This document shows, in pieces, positions 26,813-32,523 of a stretch of DNA of 32,523 nucleotides. Below the pieces are notes generated by a model. That model had not been told where the DNA came from. It saw only the letters and a program-made list of their open reading frames with translations, and did not search any database. This DNA comes from a virus (lineage: Duplodnaviria > Caudoviricetes). A program made the position numbers and the translations under genes. The DNA is taken from positions 1-32,523 of IMG/VR virus record IMGVR_UViG_3300042987_000227; one strand, 5' to 3'. Each line of letters begins with the position of its first letter. The stretch's first letter is position 1.

Positions 26813-28732
26813 ATGGCTCCACAGCGCAGAAATAAACGGTTAAATGTTCCTGGTAGTAGGACTCCAGCAACTTACGATCTTAAAAATCAGGAACACTTTA
26901 ACGAATTTAAGCGAGAAGGGTTTATTCCCGATAAGTACGATAACTACGCTGAACTACAGGACGACTTCCTATCGCGTGTGTACGAAGGAATGTCTGACGT
27001 TGATGCTGCTAAAGCTCTCAAGATAAATTATCAAAATGTTATTGGTAAGGGATTTTTAGCGGCTGAACTTAGCTCAAAAGGCATTCCAAGAGGTATCAAT
27101 GTAAGGGCTCTTAGGGAAGATATCAAACCAGATGAACGAGATTACCTTATTGAAAGGTTTGGTAAGGATTGGTTTGATGCTTACCAACGTTACCGTAAAC
27201 TGGAATGGGGTGATGCTAAAGTCCTTAAAAAGGACAAAGAACTTATTGAGCAATTTAGTGGTAGACCTGTTGAAGAGTTCACATCCGCTAAACAAGAAGC
27301 TGATATACTACGTGATCGCCTAGTTGCTGCTTTTGGTAAAGGTGGTAGAGGTGGTCAGGTACATAGGGGGCATGGTGTTTCAGCCATGGAAGGTGCTAGT
27401 GTTGGTAAGGCTAACTTAGTTGGTGAGTGGGGTCCACTTAATGTAGGCCATAGTTCGGACCCTAGGTACGGTTATGACTACATACCCCCTTCTGAGCAAA
27501 AGTACTTAACTGATAAATTTGGTGAAAAGGGATTTGATGTCTATCGCAGAGCGCAAACAGGTGTTCTAAGATCATTGAATATGTCTGCTAATGACTTGCA
27601 GAATTACTATGACGATCTACTAGCACGAGAAGGTTTAAATATTAACCCACGTAGGTATGCTGGTAACTACCTTGCTGCTGATGAAGCATTACGGGAGTTA
27701 AAGCAAGGTACATCTATTGGTAATCCACAAGTAACTGTTCCTGTAGAACCTACTAACGTTGATCCTAGGTCTATTGAATGGCGTGATCGTAGGATGTTTG
27801 AAATTGAACAGCAGTTAACAGCTGACTACGAACGTAGTGGCATGGCGCCCGGTGAAGCGGCACTTAAAGCTCGCCAACGTGTAGAAGAAGCTGCTCTAAA
27901 GCAGTCTACATTGTTTGATGTTACTCAATCTCGTGGTGGCCCCGTCACAACTGTACAACAAGCTGCTCCTAAACCTAGGCAAATCGGTACTGCTGTTGGC
28001 GAACAACAATTCGACCCGTTTGGTAGACCAAAGCTAGATAGAAGTGGAGAACCTAAATTTGAAACAAGGCCAGTTTATGCCCCACCTAGTGGAGCTGTAC
28101 TGGTACCAACTCGCCCATCACCAGGTCAGATAGCTGCATCTATTGCAACTAGGGAACCACTTCCTACCCCTAAACCTGCACCTCCTACACAAATTCGCAC
28201 TGAAGCTGAACTTGATCGTATTTTTGCAAACACTGTAAGGCCGCCTAAAATTGCACCGATTTCTGGTAACTTTGTACCTAAAGGTTCGGTTAATATAACA
28301 CCTACTGCTAGAGAAAGAGCTTTGGCTGCTGAAAGAGCTAATGCAGGTAAGACTAAAGCTATGTCGCGTAGTTCAGGTCCTCCACCGGCAGCTCCTAGGG
28401 TAATTCCTAGTAGTGTAAATAAGCCAGCAGCACAACCAGTGTCACAACCTAAAGTTGGTCAATCTGCTATCCTTAATGGACAAGCTGTTATGTGGAATGG
28501 TGGTAGTTGGGTTAAAATTCCAACTCCTAAAGCTATGAAACCAACGGCTAAACCAACTAAGCCTGTTCGTGTGATTCCTGCTAGAACTAAACCCAGTAGA
28601 ACGCAGGAAAGCCTACGTAATCAAGGTAGCGCTAGTATGCAAATACGTCGTATGCAAAATGCAACTCAAGATGCTCTACCGATATTCCCTGGAATGGGTC
28701 TTCCATCCAATTCCCTGATTCAAGGCATTTAA
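26813..28732 (+). CDS. Large hypothetical protein with possible His-Me nuclease motif and Pro-rich C-terminal third
   Basis: ~640-aa ORF (ATG 26813) with VHRGH...ANL...PLN, an internal repeat and a low-complexity tail. Confidence 0.7.
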   Translation: MAPQRRNKRLNVPGSRTPATYDLKNQEHFNEFKREGFIPDKYDNYAELQDDFLSRVYEGMSDVDAAKALKINYQNVIGKGFLAAELSSKGIPRGINVRALREDIKPDERDYLIERFGKDWFDAYQRYRKLEWGDAKVLKKDKELIEQFSGRPVEEFTSAKQEADILRDRLVAAFGKGGRGGQVHRGHGVSAMEGASVGKANLVGEWGPLNVGHSSDPRYGYDYIPPSEQKYLTDKFGEKGFDVYRRAQTGVLRSLNMSANDLQNYYDDLLAREGLNINPRRYAGNYLAADEALRELKQGTSIGNPQVTVPVEPTNVDPRSIEWRDRRMFEIEQQLTADYERSGMAPGEAALKARQRVEEAALKQSTLFDVTQSRGGPVTTVQQAAPKPRQIGTAVGEQQFDPFGRPKLDRSGEPKFETRPVYAPPSGAVLVPTRPSPGQIAASIATREPLPTPKPAPPTQIRTEAELDRIFANTVRPPKIAPISGNFVPKGSVNITPTARERALAAERANAGKTKAMSRSSGPPPAAPRVIPSSVNKPAAQPVSQPKVGQSAILNGQAVMWNGGSWVKIPTPKAMKPTAKPTKPVRVIPARTKPSRTQESLRNQGSASMQIRRMQNATQDALPIFPGMGLPSNSLIQGI

Positions 28733-28748
28733 CTAAACCCCCACCATT

Positions 28749-28785
28749 GGTACCTAGGAGCCTCTACAAGGGGCCTCTAGGTGCC
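28749..28785 (+). promoter_or_regulatory. Long imperfect hairpin upstream of the large terminase
   Basis: GGTACCTAGGAGCCTCT-ACA-AGGGGCCTCTAGGTGCC pairs nearly end to end using G-U pairs and one mismatch, followed by TTT. Confidence 0.55.
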
Positions 28786-28804
28786 TTTACGTATATTCTA
28801 CCAT

Positions 28805-30538
28805 ATGGACACTTTAACGGCCCTTAGAAGCGATTTTAAGTTATTCCTCCAAGCATTATGGGGACAACTAGATTTACCATCACCAACACGTGCTCAGTAC
28901 GCAATTGCTGATTACCTACAACACGGTCCTAAGCGACTACAGATCCAAGCATTCCGAGGAGTTGGTAAAAGCTGGATCACTGGTGCCTTTGTGCTGTGGA
29001 CACTCTTCAACAACGCTGAGAAGAAGATCATGATCATTTCAGCTTCTAAGGAGCGTGCTGATAACATGTCTATCTTCCTGCAGAAGCTAATCATCGAGAC
29101 ACCTTGGCTATCACATTTGAGACCAAAGAGTGATGAGGCTAGGTGGAGTCGTATTAGCTTTGATGTTAACTGTAGTCCTCACCAAGCACCATCCGTTAAG
29201 TCGGTAGGTATCACAGGTCAGTTGACTGGTTCACGTGCTGACCTAATGATTCTTGATGACGTGGAGGTACCAGGTAATAGCATGACTGAAATGATGCGAG
29301 AGAAGCTATTGCAGTTATGTACTGAAGCTGAGTCCATTCTTACACCAAAGAAGGATAGTCGCATCATGTACCTTGGTACGCCACAGACTACTTTTACCAT
29401 CTACCGTAAACTAGCTGAGCGTAACTATCGTCCATTTGTGTGGCCATCACGTTACCCACGCAAGGACAAACTCTCTCAATATGAAAGTCTCCTAGCTCCC
29501 CAAATCCTAGAAGATATAGACAATGGTGTTGAGGAATGGACACCTACTGACCCTGATCGTTTCACTGATGAAGATCTAGTAGAACGTGAAGCTGCTATGG
29601 GTCGTAGTAATTTCATGCTACAGTTCCAACTAGACACAGCCCTTAGTGATGCTGAAAAGTTCCCACTTAAGTTTTCTGACCTAGTTGTAACAAGCGTTAA
29701 CCCAACACAGGCACCTGATGCTGTTGTGTGGTGCAGTGACCCTCGTAATGTTCTCAAGGATCTGCCTACGGTTGGCCTACCAGGTGATTACTTCTATTCC
29801 CCGATGCAACTCCAAGGAGACTGGAGTAACTACACCGAAACAATCTGCTCGGTAGACCCATCAGGTAGGGGTAGTGATGAAACAGCAGCTACATACATAA
29901 GTCAAAAGAATGGGTTTCTCTACGTTCACGAGGTACGAGCTTATCGCGACGGCTATAGCGACAATACACTTCTTGACATCTTGCGTGGGTGTAAGCGGTA
30001 CAATGTTACTAAACTACTCATCGAAACAAACTTCGGAGATGGTATCGTCGCAGAACTGTTTAAGAAGCACCTCCAACAAACTAAACAAGCAATAGACGTA
30101 GAGGAAGTACGTGCTAATGTTCGTAAAGAAGACAGGATCATTGATGCTTTAGAACCTGTCATGAATCAACACCGACTCATTGTTGATAGGTCTGTGGTGG
30201 AGTGGGACTATTCTTCCAATAAGGACGCAGCACCTGAGGAACGTCTTCTCTATATGCTATTCTACCAGATGAGTAGAATGTGTCGTGAGAAGGGAGCTGT
30301 TAAACATGACGACAGATTAGACTCACTAGCACAAGGTGTTAAGTACTTCACAGATGCTATGTCTATTAGCGCCTATGAGGCTGTTAAGATGCGTAAGCAG
30401 GAGGAGTGGAATGACATCCTAGAGACCTTTATTGATGACCCAGTAGCTGCTACAAATCACCTTGTGATGGGTATGAATTTAGAGCAAAGACGTAAGGCTA
30501 GAGGTAAAACAAAGAGTTCAGTCCCCACCTGGGTTTAG
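28805..30538 (+). CDS. Terminase large subunit, T7 gp19-like
   Basis: IQAFRGVGKSWIT (Walker A), GSRADLMILDDVE (Walker B), YLGTPQT, VDPSGRGSDET and HDDRLD; probable start ATG 28805. Confidence 0.98.
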   Translation: MDTLTALRSDFKLFLQALWGQLDLPSPTRAQYAIADYLQHGPKRLQIQAFRGVGKSWITGAFVLWTLFNNAEKKIMIISASKERADNMSIFLQKLIIETPWLSHLRPKSDEARWSRISFDVNCSPHQAPSVKSVGITGQLTGSRADLMILDDVEVPGNSMTEMMREKLLQLCTEAESILTPKKDSRIMYLGTPQTTFTIYRKLAERNYRPFVWPSRYPRKDKLSQYESLLAPQILEDIDNGVEEWTPTDPDRFTDEDLVEREAAMGRSNFMLQFQLDTALSDAEKFPLKFSDLVVTSVNPTQAPDAVVWCSDPRNVLKDLPTVGLPGDYFYSPMQLQGDWSNYTETICSVDPSGRGSDETAATYISQKNGFLYVHEVRAYRDGYSDNTLLDILRGCKRYNVTKLLIETNFGDGIVAELFKKHLQQTKQAIDVEEVRANVRKEDRIIDALEPVMNQHRLIVDRSVVEWDYSSNKDAAPEERLLYMLFYQMSRMCREKGAVKHDDRLDSLAQGVKYFTDAMSISAYEAVKMRKQEEWNDILETFIDDPVAATNHLVMGMNLEQRRKARGKTKSSVPTWV

Positions 30539-30593
30539 GCAGATCCCACCCGTAAAGCGGAGCGCCGAAGGGTGGATCGGATCTCCGTGAAGG

Positions 30594-30636
30594 GAGGAAG
30601 ACATGTCTCTAACAAGACACATCTTCCTCTTTATTA
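30594..30636 (+). terminator. Terminator-like hairpin downstream of terminase
   Basis: GAGGAAGA/TCTTCCTC and TGTCT/AGACA stems followed by TTTATT. Confidence 0.5.
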
Positions 30637-30771
30637 ATGTCCCTGGGGAAGGACATTCTGTAAGTACTACCTCCAAAGACACAAACTTCCACTAACTAAT
30701 ACTGAATCTTGGAGTACTGATTCTCCCCAATCCTTCTGAATCCTGTCACTACTTATTCTACTGTATACGTT

Positions 30772-30972
30772 ATGAGTAGAACATATCGTAAGCAACCCTT
30801 ACGTAATCAATTCCGTCATCCTCGAACCTTTAACGAACGTAAACAAGTATTAGTATCTAACGATTACTACGATACTCAATATCGGGTAAGTACTCGTAAT
30901 CGTTATATCCCTACAGCATGGGATGATATCACTGCCACCTCTATCTACCAAAACGATCACAAGTCCCAATGA
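30772..30972 (+). CDS. Arg-rich hypothetical protein
   Basis: 66 aa MSRTYRK...IPTAWDDI; stop overlaps the thyX start (ATGA). Confidence 0.65.
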   Translation: MSRTYRKQPLRNQFRHPRTFNERKQVLVSNDYYDTQYRVSTRNRYIPTAWDDITATSIYQNDHKSQ

Positions 30973-31604
30973 CTACCCACCAAGTCAAACTAGTCCACAT
31001 CACCCCTAACGCTGAAGAGCTTATCTCTTATATGGCTCGTGTTAGCAACCCTTCTAACCAATCAAACACTGAGACCTCTCAACGACTCATTAGGTATCTA
31101 ATCGAGCATCAACATTGGTCTCCATTTGAAATGGTTAACATGTGTGTAGAGATTAACACTACTAGAAGTATAGCTGCACAGATCCTTAGGCATAGGTCCT
31201 TTAGCTTCCAGGAGTTTAGTCAACGGTATGCAAAAGTAACAGCAGATCCTATCATGCCTGAACTGCGTCTTCAAGATCATACAAATAGACAGTCATCGTT
31301 GATAGATACAGAAGGTAAGTTGACTGACTACTTTAGTGCTGCTATTGAAAATATCTTTGCTAATAGCCAAGCAGTCTATGAAGAGATGATAGCAGCTGGG
31401 GTAGCTAAAGAATGTGCTAGGGAAGTACTACCACTAGCTACACCGACTCGACTGTACATGAATGGTACAATTAGGTCCTGGATTCATTACTGTCAACTAC
31501 GGTGCGGTAATGGGACACAGCTGGAGCATAGGATCATCGCAGAAGGGGTCTATAAGCTCCTACAAGAGCATCTTCCTAGTGTGTGTGCAGCTTTAGGCGT
31601 TTGA
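30969..31604 (+). CDS. thyX: FAD-dependent thymidylate synthase
   Basis: HWSPFE, QILRHRSFSFQEFSQRY (RHRx7S ThyX motif), ECAREVLP and TQLEH. Confidence 0.97.
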   Translation: MTTHQVKLVHITPNAEELISYMARVSNPSNQSNTETSQRLIRYLIEHQHWSPFEMVNMCVEINTTRSIAAQILRHRSFSFQEFSQRYAKVTADPIMPELRLQDHTNRQSSLIDTEGKLTDYFSAAIENIFANSQAVYEEMIAAGVAKECAREVLPLATPTRLYMNGTIRSWIHYCQLRCGNGTQLEHRIIAEGVYKLLQEHLPSVCAALGV

Positions 31605-32280
31605 CTGTTTAGAGGGGCGTTGTAGGGCGTTCTAGGGGTTCCTTAATTTTTAGCATAAATTTAACAAGCCTTATATCGCCAGATGGCCCCGCAATTCCCC
31701 CCAGTACCCCTACCTTACACTTAGGGACGCACACCAGAGTTATCGAGTGCTGTTTGATTGTTTCTCATCAGGACGGAGCTATTGAGAATACCAGTGGCAA
31801 GGAGTTGCGATCAAGGACGCCCAGCGTATGTGTAGTAGTAGCACTGTCATCATCTATAGTTACGCCTTATTGAGAATGAATTGCAATAAGCACTGAGTTA
31901 GTTGAGTACAGTGATAAGGTATTATTATCAATTAGCGCTGTATGATAAGATGTAGGTATAGGTAGATATCAAGTGATCTGTATGGCCAGCCTATAACAGT
32001 TAGACAGCAGCGCTATAACGCTCTCAGCCACGCCTAGGAGCCGCTATAAGGCCCCTTCAACAGTTAATAGGTACACTGAGCCCTGTAGTACTGTAGAGGC
32101 ACCTTACAGGCGATTGTTAACAAGCGGTGCTGAGTGGTTCAAATTTCACACTCATGCTTTTTGTTACTTATTAAACAGCACTGTTTTACTTCTGTACACC
32201 CAATATCGGTACGGTTCGGATCGATAAGGAACGCTGATAGGGTCAATTAGGGCGCTACACGGATCCACTGGGTTCTTGGG
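31605..32280. other. Non-coding probable genome-end / terminal-repeat region
   Basis: No ORF of 60 aa or more after thyX; short dispersed repeats (TATTGAGAAT x2, CTATAA x3). Position after terminase matches the T7-like right end. The exact terminus is not visible. Confidence 0.55.
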
Positions 32281-32281
32281 A

Positions 32282-32311
32282 TTGACACAACGGCCTAGGG
32301 GCTGGTATGTT
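32282..32311 (+). promoter_or_regulatory. Host sigma70-type early promoter
   Basis: Perfect -35 TTGACA (32282-87), 18-nt spacer, TG at 32303-04 and -10 TATGTT (32306-11). Confidence 0.65.
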
Positions 32312-32523
32312 AGATGAGTCGGTGGGGGGAGCGGCAGTCGCCACCACCAGCACCTTGATAATAGAATAGTTGTGGTTCGTCACAAGACGGAACTAGCGGA
32401 GCGAGCGATCCCGCGAGTAGTTATAGGTAGCAACTCTACCTGACTACACGAACCCGTATCTTATGTTATGTGCAGAGCCACATGCACATTAAACATTAGA
32501 TCATGGCACCTGTAAACACTATT

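Noticed and set aside
30540-30600. Self-cleaving ribozyme after terL
   Set aside because: No hammerhead core (CUGANGA...GAAA) on either strand and no other ribozyme consensus recognised.
367-31280. Numerous 60-156-aa alternative-frame and minus-strand ORFs nested in large genes
   Set aside because: They overlap well-supported genes entirely and show no motifs or initiation signals.
31605-32523. CRISPR mini-array or tRNA in the terminal region
   Set aside because: Repeats are short, degenerate and irregularly spaced; no cloverleaf with T-loop and acceptor stem was found by eye.

Overview
Right-hand (late) two-thirds of a T7-like cyanopodovirus (Autographiviridae-type) genome, with all real genes on the + strand. 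The order is portal, scaffold, an accessory island, major capsid, tail tubes A/B, three internal virion proteins, tail fibre, lysis genes, small terminase, a second accessory cluster, large terminase and thyX. The first island holds hli, basic microproteins, rlpA, a LAGLIDADG endonuclease, psbA and collagen/fibre genes; the second holds a lysozyme, an HNH and a 640-aa orphan. The window ends in ~0.9 kb of non-coding DNA that looks like the genome-end region and carries a host sigma70-type promoter. psbA plus hli point to a cyanobacterial host. The most unusual points are: (1) a free-standing LAGLIDADG gene fused onto the psbA start region; (2) a circularly permuted M23-like domain plus a GH73 domain on the gp15-like protein, the GH73 being a paralogue of the endolysin domain; (3) a fibre cassette whose proteins share an N-terminal (F/L)NP(F/I)T motif; (4) a dispersed non-coding motif and structured RNA candidates around the terminase and genome end. 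All calls come from motif recognition and synteny by eye; no searches were run.
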